Assembly: GCA_963757315.1 (NCBI GenBank)
Contig: CAVWRD010000011.1
Coordinates: 1,613,682 to 1,677,681 of the forward strand
Reading direction: 5' to 3'
DNA length: 64,000 nt
From: an uncultured Bacteroidota bacterium
Lineage (GTDB): Bacteria > Bacteroidota > Bacteroidia > Chitinophagales > Chitinophagaceae
Shown here piece by piece: positions 31,801 to 41,336 of this stretch (within the stretch, counting starts at the first letter, position 1; each line of letters starts with the position of its first letter). A program made the position numbers and the translations under genes. The notes under the pieces were generated by a model. The model worked only from the letters and a program-made list of their open reading frames with translations. It searched no databases and was not told where the DNA came from.

Positions 31801-33297
31801 GCTGGTATCAGTAGTCCCATCTCCGAATGACCAGAAATAGGTAGCTAAGGTATCAGCAGATTTGGCAGTAAACGTGGCTTGAACATCAGCGCAATAAACA
31901 GCAGACGGGATTAAAATGGTGTCTGCATGAATTGTCGCAGTTGGCAACGCAGTATTAAAAGTTTCTGATATTGTTGATGAACATCCATTTGAGTTTACAA
32001 TTGTAAGCGTTGGTGAAAACGAGTTGTTTGTCAGGTACGTAAAACTTGGATTCTTTAAATCCGAAGTATCGCCTGGGTTCCCGGTAAAATTCCAATGCCA
32101 GTTTGTTGCACCCAGACTGGTATCCAAAAAATTAACAGTCATTGGTGAGGAACAACTTGTTCCCTTATTGAGTATAAAAGGACTGATATTGGGAGCAGCC
32201 AGGACATTAATAATCTTAGTAACCGAATCCGGACAAGTTCCAAAGTTTTCATACATCGTAACCGGATATGCACCCGCCGTCGCATAGCTGTGTCCGTAAG
32301 TAATTCCTATTCCACTTCCACCATCGCCAAATGTCCATATGGGAACCCCGGTAGGTGCGGGTGTACTTTTATTTATAAAAATAATTGTGTTGCCCGGGCA
32401 GTATGCGGAATTTGTAGTGAAATCAGCACTAAAATTTGCGGCATTGATATAAGCGGGTTTTGTAACGGTAGATGAACATCCATAAGTATTCGATACAACC
32501 AGACTAATATCATAATTCCCTTTTGCAGCATAAAGATGTGTCGGGTTTGTAAGAGTACTTGAATCGTTGTCGCCAAATGACCAGGAATAACTTAAAGCAC
32601 CTGCGCCAGTTGAAGTGTTATGAAAAAGAACAGGCTGATTTAAACTACAAATAGCAGTAGTGTCGACAAAAAATGAGGGACTAAGAGCAGGATATACGGT
32701 AACCATATCCTGAATCTTATAAGTATTGATACAACCAAAACTATTAGTTGCCGTAAGACTAACCGAATAAGTTCCGGGAAACTGGTAGATATTAGAAACA
32801 GAACCAACCGTGGTGCTTTGTGAATTACCATCACCAAAATTCCAAATAGCTCCGGTAATGGTACCATCACCTGCGCTTAGTGAACTTGAAAAATCAACTA
32901 ACAATGGTGAACATCCTACGGTATGATCCGCTGAAAAATTTATTGCAGGTTTTTTGTAGACGGTTATATCCTTGGAAATTGTCGCGGTCTTTCCACCATC
33001 ACTTATCGTCAACGTTACTGTGTAGATTTGTCCGACAAAGTAGGTAGCAGAAACGGGATTATTTTTAACGTTGGTTGTGATACCATTTCCATTACCAAAA
33101 ATCCAGGTGTAAGTAGAAGTGGCGCTTGTTCCAGTAGATGTATTTACAAAACTCACCGTTAATGGCGAACAGCCCGAATTAACACTTGGTGTAAAGTCAG
33201 CCGTCAGTTGCGCCATCACCGGATCGATACCTGCCAACAAAAAAATAATTGCCAGCAGATAGCCTGATCTTCTACCTGAATTATTCCTCAGGGGCAT
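28810..33297 (-). CDS. large PKD-repeat surface protein with T9SS type-B (gliding-motility-associated) C-terminal sorting domain
   Basis: About 14 repeats carrying WxFGDG-type PKD motifs (AIWNFGDGNS, YFWSFGDGTT, LHWDFGDGKG ...). C-terminal NAFSPNNDGNNDYFYP motif of type-B CTDs. N-terminal signal peptide. Confidence 0.88.
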   Translation of the reverse strand: MPLRNNSGRRSGYLLAIIFLLAGIDPVMAQLTADFTPSVNSGCSPLTVSFVNTSTGTSATSTYTWIFGNGNGITTNVKNNPVSATYFVGQIYTVTLTISDGGKTATISKDITVYKKPAINFSADHTVGCSPLLVDFSSSLSAGDGTITGAIWNFGDGNSQSTTVGSVSNIYQFPGTYSVSLTATNSFGCINTYKIQDMVTVYPALSPSFFVDTTAICSLNQPVLFHNTSTGAGALSYSWSFGDNDSSTLTNPTHLYAAKGNYDISLVVSNTYGCSSTVTKPAYINAANFSADFTTNSAYCPGNTIIFINKSTPAPTGVPIWTFGDGGSGIGITYGHSYATAGAYPVTMYENFGTCPDSVTKIINVLAAPNISPFILNKGTSCSSPMTVNFLDTSLGATNWHWNFTGNPGDTSDLKNPSFTYLTNNSFSPTLTIVNSNGCSSTISETFNTALPTATIHADTILIPSAVYCADVQATFTAKSADTLATYFWSFGDGTTDTSASPIHVFSKPGTYIINLSFTTIHGCSGGAFPSDTIIVYPKPHAIFTAQDSLPCTTNQLETFYNLDDSAAQFKWLYGDGKSDINNNIYHTHLYQNSGSYNMTLIASSPGCKSDTSTITRFVKTTPIPKLTVVNNCDSDRLSAALTVVPSGGSQYVWSYGDGSPNDTDLVYIPTKNHHYPKGGVYSASVIVTYGSCIQTTGPVPVYVLANQKPVLSSTKDTICASSTLPININTLDTNYQRKVTGSTTYYNIYKWQYNDGTTFNPTGNTAIKTSFSGTVSGLVAGEDSIRVILKSAFFGCYDTSNYIPIHIIGPVAKFGDENQLCYHAPVIFSDSSQPVNGVPIISWLWNFGDGNSVTNLTGDTVQHLYALPGTYNPQLTVTDSNGCKATAKLVVTQVLIYGAKANFYWKPIAITPGFPITFYNTSVKNTGVTYLWRISGSGATFTNPDSITVTFPNVGNDTMTLIAYPTMAGACIDTLAQPLQIQTISAPFTDSSYYYNNSSCPPLFVNFTAVPVNTIGLHWDFGDGKGTADNKITPKYEYDIPGTYIVSLTGYGANGISVISYDTITVKGPFAKLYSTLDQACVPAADTLHATASYIGSYTWDFGDGTVLTTQDSIAVHTYILPGLFTPALILTDSTGCQMSYKSDHQILMDTLFAALGPPVTLCGIGSISYGPHVVSFVADTLGYPLTYHWDFGTGVSTDTSNILNPTFNYVTPGDFVTAFQVTSPVGCTAMAYDSVHVIGPFPMLHSPDTTICIGGLAILQASGAFTYDWSPASSLNTTKGDSVIARPVSTTNYTVIGEDSYKCFLDTATIKVTVDSLPAVSIPTPDPVLAGSDVQLDPNVSADVVSWDWTPPLYLSCTDCAMPVSTPLAPTTYTVTVKTATGCVSSASVTIKLLCLQSGVYMANAFSPNNDGNNDYFYPTGSGVKMVKSFQVYSRWGQLLYSRTDFPPNDKKYGWDGNLNGMPQPSDTYVYVTEMICFTGENFVLKGTVELVR

Positions 33298-33550
33298 CTA
33301 TCGGTTTTTAGGATAAAGGAAATTCTAATCGTAAATACTAAAATGAAACGAAAAATGACTGTTTATATTTTAATATAGTCAGTATTCCCAGATTGGGAAA
33401 AATAATGAGTTTACAGAGTGGAAAATAATCCCCGAAACGAATATTCATCGTACTTACACGATATGGCAATTCACTACACAAAAACCATTAGATCGATCCT
33501 GGCAGCGTAAATATATTTTCGAAATAGCACACGGGTTGAGTCGAAATCTT

Positions 33551-33586
33551 AAAAAATAAAAACCCCTTCACGGAAATGTGAAAGGG
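33551..33586 (-). terminator. intrinsic terminator after tRNA-Gln(UUG)
   Basis: Minus strand CCCTTTCAC-ATTTCC-GTGAAGGGG followed by TTTTTATTTTTT. Confidence 0.65.
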
Positions 33587-33592
33587 TTCTTG

Positions 33593-33663
33593 TTGCCCGA
33601 CGAGGATTCGAACCTCGACAAACAGAATCAAAATCTGTCGTACTGCCATTATACTATCGGGCA
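33593..33663 (-). tRNA. tRNA-Gln (anticodon UUG)
   Basis: Acceptor TGCCCGA/TCGGGCA, anticodon arm ACAGA-TTTTGAT-TCTGT, T-arm CGAGG-TTCGAAT-CCTCG. Confidence 0.9.
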
Positions 33664-33681
33664 AAACCAACGAACAGGGCG

Positions 33682-33689
33682 CAAAAATA
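33682..33689 (-). promoter_or_regulatory. Bacteroidota -7 box TATTTTTG upstream of tRNA-Gln(UUG)
   Basis: Minus strand ccTTATTTTTGcgcc, about 20 nt upstream of the tRNA. Confidence 0.4.
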
Positions 33690-33734
33690 AGGTTTTTTAA
33701 AAATGTTTCGAACTATTAAACAGATTCTCTTTCA

Positions 33735-35009
33735 TTATTTCGCCTCCACCAGGTAGAAATTTTTTTTACCTTTTTGAACGAGTATATATTTCTCATACAA
33801 AAGCATTTCATTTCCTATATTAAACTGAATATTTTCAACGCGATTTCTATTGATGCTGATTCCTCCATTTTGAATCAGTTTCCTCGCTTCCCCTTTGCTG
33901 GGCAAAATACCCGTTTCCGCCAGAAACCTCACGACGTCCACACCCTGGTTGATTTCGCTTTTTGCGTAAGTTGATTTTATAATTCCCTCAAGGGAGAGCA
34001 AATCCTGTTCACTTAGATTTTCCTGTGAGTTCGTCTGACTAAATAATTTCTCCGTAGTCAAGATTACTTTTTCATATTCCACTTGTCCGTGAATGAAAAT
34101 TGTAACCTCTTTTGCAAGGGCTTTTTGCAATAATCTGTCACCCCGATTTTGATAGTGCCTAACTGACAGTAAATCAACTTCCTCCCGGCTTAAAAATGTA
34201 AAAATCTTAACCCATTTTTCAGCATCCTCGTCTGATGCATTCAACCAGAATTGATAAAATTGATACGGCGATGTTCGCGAAGCATCCAACCAGATATTTC
34301 CTTTCTCTGTTTTGCCAAATTTTCCTCCGTCCGATCTTGTTAACAGCGGACAGGTAAATGCAAATGCTTCACCCCCCGATTTCCGACGAATTAATTCGGC
34401 TCCGGTTGTGATATTTCCCCACTGGTCACTCCCTCCCATTTGAAGTTTACAATTCCGGTTTTTATAAAGCCAATAAAAATCATATCCCTGTACCAGCTGA
34501 TATGTGAACTCCGTAAAACTCATGCCCGAAGTGCCTTCCAGTCTTTTTTTCACGCTGTCTTTGGCCGACATGTAATTGACTGTAATATGTTTCCCCACGT
34601 CTCTTATAAAATCCAGAAAATGCATTTCTTTGAACCAATCGTAATTATTTACCAGTTCAGCTGCATTCGGCTTTATTTGATCAAAATCAAGAAATTTTTC
34701 GAGTTGTTTGCGAATGCTCTTCAAATTGTGATTCAAAGTCTCTTCGTCCAACAGGTTTCTTTCTTCAGATTTGCCGCTCGGATCTCCTACCATACCAGTT
34801 GCACCTCCCAATAACACAAAGGGTTTATGCCCCGCTTTTTGCATATGAACCAGCAGTAAAATAGGAACAAGACTGCCAATATGCAGGCTATCCGCTGTGG
34901 GATCAAAACCAATATAGCCGGAGGTCATTTCAGAAGAAAGCTGTTCCTCCGTACCGGGGATAATATCCTGAAGCATACCCCGCCATTTTAATTCGGTGAC
35001 TAGCGACAT
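33735..35009 (-). CDS. tyrS: tyrosine--tRNA ligase
   Basis: HIGH-type motif (SLHIGSL), KMSKS-type motif (KFGKTE), C-terminal S4-like domain. 424 aa. Confidence 0.93.
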   Translation of the reverse strand: MSLVTELKWRGMLQDIIPGTEEQLSSEMTSGYIGFDPTADSLHIGSLVPILLLVHMQKAGHKPFVLLGGATGMVGDPSGKSEERNLLDEETLNHNLKSIRKQLEKFLDFDQIKPNAAELVNNYDWFKEMHFLDFIRDVGKHITVNYMSAKDSVKKRLEGTSGMSFTEFTYQLVQGYDFYWLYKNRNCKLQMGGSDQWGNITTGAELIRRKSGGEAFAFTCPLLTRSDGGKFGKTEKGNIWLDASRTSPYQFYQFWLNASDEDAEKWVKIFTFLSREEVDLLSVRHYQNRGDRLLQKALAKEVTIFIHGQVEYEKVILTTEKLFSQTNSQENLSEQDLLSLEGIIKSTYAKSEINQGVDVVRFLAETGILPSKGEARKLIQNGGISINRNRVENIQFNIGNEMLLYEKYILVQKGKKNFYLVEAK

Positions 35010-35100
35010 AATTGATCTCGGGAATTTCGGTAAAAGTAAGGGATATTCGCATCCGGAAAACGTCGCAATATTCTGAATAAAAACGCGTTAGAATTAGTTT

Positions 35101-36246
35101 ATGGTATCGACTTCAGTAACCCGAAGAATCAGAACCTGCTGCCCCCTACTACTGCTGTTGCTGATACTTTTTTGCAACCGTTCATTGGGCCAGTTTGCCA
35201 AATATTCCAATGAATTTTTAAATATCGGCGCTGGCGCCCGCGGAATGGCCATGGGAAATGCTCAGGTAGCTTCGGTTACCGACGGCACTGGTGGTTATTG
35301 GAACCCTGCCGCTCTGGCTGATATAAGAACCAGCCCTCAACTTAATATTATGCACGCCGAATACTTCGCGGGCATAGGAAAATACGATTTTGCAAGCCTG
35401 GCGCTTCCACTCAAAGACAGTAAACGTACCCTAGGTCTCACATTATTACGGTTTGCCGTAGACGATATACCAAATACAGTATTTCTCGTGCAACCCGATG
35501 GTAGCATAGATTTTAGCAATATCACTACGTTTTCTTCAGCAGATTATGCTTTCCTGATTTCTTTGGCTCAACAGGTAGACTGGATAAAAAACACGAAAAC
35601 TAATTTCGGAATAAATGCCAAAATTATACATCGTCTGGCAGGAGATTTCACTACTTCCTGGGGATTTGGTTTTGATGCGGCCATCCAGATTGTCGGTGAC
35701 CGTTGGAAACTCGGTATTGTCGCGAAGGATGTGACAACCACTTTCAACGCGTGGTCGTATAATATAAGTCAGGATTGGAGAGAAGTGTTTTATGCCACAT
35801 CAAATGACATTCCATCCAATTCAGTTGAATTGACAGCGCCTCAGTTGATACCCGGATTCAGTTATAATTTCCCGATCAATAAGAAAATAAGTATACTCGC
35901 TGAAGCAGATTTTGATATCACGTTTGATGGAAAAAGAAATACAATCGTCAGTTCAAATCCCATCAGCATAGATCCTAAAATGGGACTTGAACTATCTTAT
36001 AATAATGCATTTTTTGTAAGAGCCGGCATAAACAATTTTCAGCAAACACTGGACGACAGGGACACGACTAATCAAAGGAAAATCTGGATTTATCAACCGT
36101 CCATCGGAGCTGGTTTTAAAGTGGGAGATGTTGAAGTGGATTATGCTTTTACGAATCTGGCCAATCAGTCAAACCCATTATATACAAATGTGTTTTCGTT
36201 AAAAGTTGATTTGGTGGATATGAAAAAGAAAACGGTCAAGAAATAA
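35101..36246 (+). CDS. PorV-family outer-membrane beta-barrel protein (PorV2-like T9SS shuttle candidate)
   Basis: Signal peptide. N-terminal FLNIGAGARGMAMGNAQVASVTDGTGGYWNPAALA, the PorV/LptO-type signature. Alternating beta-strand composition. 381 aa. Confidence 0.72.
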   Translation: MVSTSVTRRIRTCCPLLLLLLILFCNRSLGQFAKYSNEFLNIGAGARGMAMGNAQVASVTDGTGGYWNPAALADIRTSPQLNIMHAEYFAGIGKYDFASLALPLKDSKRTLGLTLLRFAVDDIPNTVFLVQPDGSIDFSNITTFSSADYAFLISLAQQVDWIKNTKTNFGINAKIIHRLAGDFTTSWGFGFDAAIQIVGDRWKLGIVAKDVTTTFNAWSYNISQDWREVFYATSNDIPSNSVELTAPQLIPGFSYNFPINKKISILAEADFDITFDGKRNTIVSSNPISIDPKMGLELSYNNAFFVRAGINNFQQTLDDRDTTNQRKIWIYQPSIGAGFKVGDVEVDYAFTNLANQSNPLYTNVFSLKVDLVDMKKKTVKK

Positions 36247-36272
36247 TCCGCTGCCGAAAAACTAAACTGATT

Positions 36273-39200
36273 ATGAATAGATTTTTTACATTGATATTAA
36301 TCCTGATTGCGGGAACTGCCGTTGCTCAGCCCTACAATAACGAGTGGATTGACTACAGTAAGACATACTATAAATTCAAGGTCACTTCGGATGGTCTTTA
36401 CAGAATCCCTGCTTCCGTACTGTCATCCGCAGGACTTTCTTCTGTAGATGCAAAAGATTTTCAACTTTTCCGTAATGGAGTAGAGGTACCGTTATATACT
36501 TCAGTTAGTAGTGGCCCTCTGTCTCCAACAGATTATATCGAATTCTGGGGACAAATGAACGATGGGAAAGCTGATAAACCTCTTTACAGAAATCCGGCAT
36601 ACCAGCACACCACCAAATGGAGTCTTCAATCAGATACATCTGTTTATTTTCTGACGGTCAATACTACAGGTGCTACTTTTCATTATAATACGCTTAACAA
36701 CGACACAACTACTAATGTGTTGCCCGTTGAACCTTACTTCATGTACACAACTGGATCTTATTTCCATTCCCAAATTAACCCGGGACTCGCATACGTTCTT
36801 GAGCAATACATTTATTCTTCTTCTTACGATATAGGTGAATTCTGGAGTTCAGATTTTTCATCACCAGGGGCACCTGTATCTGATAACCAGAATAATCTTT
36901 ATATATATAATAGCGGACCTTCCGCCAATTTGAAATTTGGTGCTGCAGGCTGTTCAGACACCCTTCGAACAATCCAGGTTAAAGTAAATAATACTCTTTT
37001 TAAGGATACTACTCTGAACAATTTCGATGACATTGTTAGTAACGTTACAGTGCCACTCTCCTCCTTAAACACCAGCTCTTCTAATTTTCAATTTATAAAT
37101 AATTCGCAGGCAATCACCTATTCAGACCGATTGGTTGTATCATTCTATGAACTTACATATCCCAGGCAATTTAATTTTAACGGACAACCTAATTTTCCGT
37201 TTCAGTTGCCGGCTAATGTCGGTGGATATTATTTAAAGATCACCAATTTTAATCAGGGCAGTTCCATTCCTGTACTTTATGACCAGACAACAGGTCAGCG
37301 CTTCGTCGCAATTTCAAACGCCGGAACCCTGACCTTTGCTCTTCCGGGATCTGCATCATCGAGAAACCTGGTGTTGGTCAGTGAGGATCCATCGAACATT
37401 AACACTATTAATTCTTTGACAAAAAAGAATTTCATATCATATGCAGATCCGTTAAATCAGGGCAATTATCTTATAGTCACAAATTCGGTACTTTATACAG
37501 GCACACACGGGAATAATCCCATCGCAGATTATGTGGGATATCGTTCTTCTACTGCAGGTGGTGCTTTTAATGCACAATCGATGGACATCGCAGAGCTCAC
37601 CGATCAGTTTGCGTTCGGAATTCAGAAACACCCGCTTGCAATAAAGAACTTCATAAACTATGCGAGAAATAATTATGGGCAAAAGCCAGCATTTATATTC
37701 CTGATAGGTCGCGGAATGACTTATATGGAATATCGGCAGAATCAGGGGAATCCTGCTACCGAACAGCTCAACCTTGTACCTACTTTCGGATATCCGGCGT
37801 CTGATGTGATGCTTGCGTCGGGGAATGGATCCGGAAGTGTTAACCTGATTCCCATTGGCCGTTTAGGAGCCGTTAAAGGTTCCGAAGTGGAAGACTATCT
37901 TGAAAAAATTATAGCATATGAACAGGTGCAACAAACAGCCGCAAATACTTTTGCAGGAAGAGGATGGCGTAAGAATATCATGCATGTTACCGGTGCCACA
38001 GATCCGTTCCTTGAAAGTGTGCTGTGTAATTATATGGTGTACTATCAGCAGATAATTTCCGATACCCTGTTTGGCGCAAATGTAATTCGGTTCTGCAGTT
38101 CTACAATTGACCAGAATAATCAGGCTTCCAATGCTCAGATTCCCCAGCTATTTGATAATGGTTTGGGTATTCTTGATTATTTTGGACACTCCTCCTCTTC
38201 TACATTAGGTTTTAATCTGGACGATCCAAGTATATTCACTAATCAATCAAAATATCCGGTTATGTACGTGAACGGATGTTATGCAGGAAATTATTACACA
38301 TTTGACCCAGGTCGTCTGACAAATGGAAAAACATTATCTGAGAACTATGTACTCATAAAAAATAAAGGTGCCATTGCATACGTGGCGAGTTCTCATTTTG
38401 GTGTAGTAAATTATTTGAATCTGTTATTGAATTATATGTACACACTGATGGGAAACAGTGATTATGGCAAAAGCATCGGAACGATTGAGTCTGATGCGGG
38501 AAGAAATTTGATAACACAACTTCCCACGGATTTTATTGCCCGGTGTCAAACGGAAGAAATGAATATTCACGGAGATCCGTCATTGACAGTTAGTGACGAG
38601 AAATTACCCGATTACGATGTTGAAGCTTCAGGTGTATTAGTGACTCCAACGTTTATTTCGGTTGCAGATCGCAGTTTTAACCTGAGCGCAACTTTTTATA
38701 ATCTGGGAAAAGCTGTTTCCGATTCGATTACAATACTTATTACCAGAAGATATCCGAATGGCAGCACTACTACAATGCTGAAGAAAAGAATTCCAGGTAT
38801 AAGATTTTCTGATTCCCTGCAAATCCAGGTACCCATAGTTGCAACGACAGATGAGGGCCAAAACTATATTACCGTAACTGTTAACTCAGACAACGATGTC
38901 CCCGAAATAACAACGGCTAACAATTCCGTAACGGTTCCGATATTCATTTATCAGGATGAGCTCACACCGATTTACCCTTATAATTACGCGATTATTACTA
39001 CACCGGTTCAAAAACTATATGCATCTACAGCTAATCCATTTGCGCCTATTACGCAATATATAATGGAAATAGATACAACAGAGGCCTTCAATTCTCCCAG
39101 AATGGTATCAAAAAATATCACGTCGGTAGGCGGAGTGTTTGAATTTGATCCCGGCATAAGATATGCGGATAGCACAGTCTATTATTGGAGAACTTCCATT

Positions 39201-41336
39201 GTTCCGGCTCAAAATGCGGCTTATCACTGGAATGAATTTTCATTTATCTATATTGATTCAATAAAAAGTACGGTCGGTTTCAACCAGTCCCATTATTATC
39301 AACAACTGCAGTCTACGGGTAACGGAATGAGTCTATCAGCGGACCGGAATTGGCATTTTGGTCAGCATACCGGAAATCTCTATATCAGTCAGGCTATTTA
39401 TCCAACCAGTGGTTTAAATGATGCGGACTTCTCAGTTTTAGTAAATGGTGGCGGAAATATTGCGAGTGCATGTGTCGGTCAATCCCTGATATACAATATT
39501 TTCGACTCTGCTACTTTTTTACCATGGTTAAATGTGGGTCCATCCGGAAACAATCTGTTCCGTTTTGGAAGCGGAAGTGCAAATTGCAAAACCAGCTCAC
39601 ATTATAACTTCGAATTCTCTTATACAACCGCTGCCAGCCGAAAACTTATGATGGATTTGATGGATTCGATTCCAATTGGGGATTATGTTGTTGTGAGAAG
39701 TATCGATTATAACAACAATCTTTCTTACGCAGCAACATGGGAAGCAGATACAGCATTGTATGGACACCAGAAATCGTTATATCATTACCTGCTTGCTGCG
39801 GGTTTTACATTAATTGATTCAATAAATCAGCCCCGATGCTGGACTCTTGTTTATAAAAAAGGAAACAACGGATATACTCCTGTATTTAAATATTCCCAGG
39901 GAATCTTTGATAAAATTATTCTGTCTACAGATGTACCCTTACCAAACCTTTCTGCAAATATGGTTTCACCTCTATTTGGCCCTGCAAAACAATGGAAACA
40001 GGTACATTGGAGAGGTCATAGTCTGGAATCTCCTTCAACCGACAGTTTGGGTGTACAGGTTCTGGGTGTGGACACTTCGGGCAATCAAAGTGTTCTATAC
40101 AATCTCAATTCAGCAACTCAGGATTTCGATATTTCTTCAGTTAACGTTCAGCAATTTCCGTTCATCCAATTAAAACTAACGACCACAGACTCAGTACATG
40201 CTACGCCATTCCAATTAAATTATTGGAGACTCAATTACGTTCCTGTTCCCGAAGGAGCGATTGCACCTAATATATATCTTACTGGTAAGGATTCTGTTGA
40301 GTTGGGTGAAGTAATACAATTTGGGGTAGCATTCAAAAACGTCAGTTTGTCTTCGTTTGACAGCCTGAAAATTTCATTCAAGATCATCGATAAAAATAAT
40401 GTTACACATATAATACCTTATCCAAATACAAAACCATTGATTTCGGGAGACACAGTAAGAATTGTTTATCAGATAGACAGCAAACTTTATCCGGGATTAA
40501 ATACAATTAATGTGGAAGTAAACCCGGGAAATGCTCAACCAGAACAATACCATTTCAACAATTTTCTCTTTAAGAATTTCTATGTTAAAGTAGATATGCT
40601 TAATCCACTACTGGATGTGACTTTTGATAATGTGCATATTCTAAATGAAGATATCGTTTCGGCAAAACCACATATTTTTATAAAATTAAAAGACGAATCC
40701 CAATTCCTACTTCTTAAAGACACTTCGGTCATAAAAGTCCAATTGCGATATCCGGATGGGTCAATGCATCCCTACTATTTCAACTCAGACACACTTAAAT
40801 TTACACCGGCAACGAGTAGTGCTGATAATACGGCCAGCGTGGAATTCAATCCGGTTTTCACAACTCAGATAAATCCCCAGGGTGATGACTATACTCTAAT
40901 TGTTACAGGAACAGACAATAGTGGAAATCCTTCGGGATCCATTCCATACCAGGTGACCTTTAAAATCATCACGAAAGCCATGATTTCGAACATGCTGAAT
41001 TATCCGAATCCTTTTACCACATCCACAGCTTTTGTATTCACCATAACAGGAAGCGATGTTCCGCAAAATATTAAAATCCAGATTCTAACGATTACCGGAA
41101 AGGTAGTTCGGGAAATTACAAAAGAGGAACTGGGACCTTTACATGTAGGTCAGAATATTACTGAATTCAAATGGGATGGAACTGACATGTATCACGCGCG
41201 GCTGGCAAATGGAGTTTATCTCTATCATGTAGTTACAAATCTTAATGGTAAATCTCTCGATAAGTATACTTCTCAAAGCGATAACACGGACCAATACTTC
41301 AATAAAGGCTATGGAAAAATGTATTTGATGAAATGA
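36273..41336 (+). CDS. PorU-like clan-CD (C25/gingipain-type) peptidase, putative T9SS sortase paralog, with C-terminal type-A-like CTD
   Basis: Strand-His GILDYFGH (His639, cac 38187..38189) and strand-Cys PVMYVNGC (Cys669, tgt 38277..38279), 30 residues apart. C-terminus NYPNPFTTSTAFVFTI...GVYLYHVV. Signal peptide. 1687 aa. Confidence 0.72.
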   Translation: MNRFFTLILILIAGTAVAQPYNNEWIDYSKTYYKFKVTSDGLYRIPASVLSSAGLSSVDAKDFQLFRNGVEVPLYTSVSSGPLSPTDYIEFWGQMNDGKADKPLYRNPAYQHTTKWSLQSDTSVYFLTVNTTGATFHYNTLNNDTTTNVLPVEPYFMYTTGSYFHSQINPGLAYVLEQYIYSSSYDIGEFWSSDFSSPGAPVSDNQNNLYIYNSGPSANLKFGAAGCSDTLRTIQVKVNNTLFKDTTLNNFDDIVSNVTVPLSSLNTSSSNFQFINNSQAITYSDRLVVSFYELTYPRQFNFNGQPNFPFQLPANVGGYYLKITNFNQGSSIPVLYDQTTGQRFVAISNAGTLTFALPGSASSRNLVLVSEDPSNINTINSLTKKNFISYADPLNQGNYLIVTNSVLYTGTHGNNPIADYVGYRSSTAGGAFNAQSMDIAELTDQFAFGIQKHPLAIKNFINYARNNYGQKPAFIFLIGRGMTYMEYRQNQGNPATEQLNLVPTFGYPASDVMLASGNGSGSVNLIPIGRLGAVKGSEVEDYLEKIIAYEQVQQTAANTFAGRGWRKNIMHVTGATDPFLESVLCNYMVYYQQIISDTLFGANVIRFCSSTIDQNNQASNAQIPQLFDNGLGILDYFGHSSSSTLGFNLDDPSIFTNQSKYPVMYVNGCYAGNYYTFDPGRLTNGKTLSENYVLIKNKGAIAYVASSHFGVVNYLNLLLNYMYTLMGNSDYGKSIGTIESDAGRNLITQLPTDFIARCQTEEMNIHGDPSLTVSDEKLPDYDVEASGVLVTPTFISVADRSFNLSATFYNLGKAVSDSITILITRRYPNGSTTTMLKKRIPGIRFSDSLQIQVPIVATTDEGQNYITVTVNSDNDVPEITTANNSVTVPIFIYQDELTPIYPYNYAIITTPVQKLYASTANPFAPITQYIMEIDTTEAFNSPRMVSKNITSVGGVFEFDPGIRYADSTVYYWRTSIVPAQNAAYHWNEFSFIYIDSIKSTVGFNQSHYYQQLQSTGNGMSLSADRNWHFGQHTGNLYISQAIYPTSGLNDADFSVLVNGGGNIASACVGQSLIYNIFDSATFLPWLNVGPSGNNLFRFGSGSANCKTSSHYNFEFSYTTAASRKLMMDLMDSIPIGDYVVVRSIDYNNNLSYAATWEADTALYGHQKSLYHYLLAAGFTLIDSINQPRCWTLVYKKGNNGYTPVFKYSQGIFDKIILSTDVPLPNLSANMVSPLFGPAKQWKQVHWRGHSLESPSTDSLGVQVLGVDTSGNQSVLYNLNSATQDFDISSVNVQQFPFIQLKLTTTDSVHATPFQLNYWRLNYVPVPEGAIAPNIYLTGKDSVELGEVIQFGVAFKNVSLSSFDSLKISFKIIDKNNVTHIIPYPNTKPLISGDTVRIVYQIDSKLYPGLNTINVEVNPGNAQPEQYHFNNFLFKNFYVKVDMLNPLLDVTFDNVHILNEDIVSAKPHIFIKLKDESQFLLLKDTSVIKVQLRYPDGSMHPYYFNSDTLKFTPATSSADNTASVEFNPVFTTQINPQGDDYTLIVTGTDNSGNPSGSIPYQVTFKIITKAMISNMLNYPNPFTTSTAFVFTITGSDVPQNIKIQILTITGKVVREITKEELGPLHVGQNITEFKWDGTDMYHARLANGVYLYHVVTNLNGKSLDKYTSQSDNTDQYFNKGYGKMYLMK

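Noticed and set aside
33298-33592. Two GAAACGA motifs (about 33346 and 33434) upstream of the PKD operon, considered as ECF-type -35 elements
   Set aside because: They are on the plus strand, pointing away from the PKD operon. They also lack a properly spaced CGT-type -10 element.
23024-33663. Two same-strand tRNA-Gln genes bracket the ECF/CHAT/PorP/PKD cluster, suggesting a tRNA-targeted genomic island
   Set aside because: The tRNAs are distinct isoacceptors (CUG and UUG), not a gene plus a partial att duplicate. I saw no integrase, transposase or direct-repeat boundary. The evidence is insufficient for an island call.
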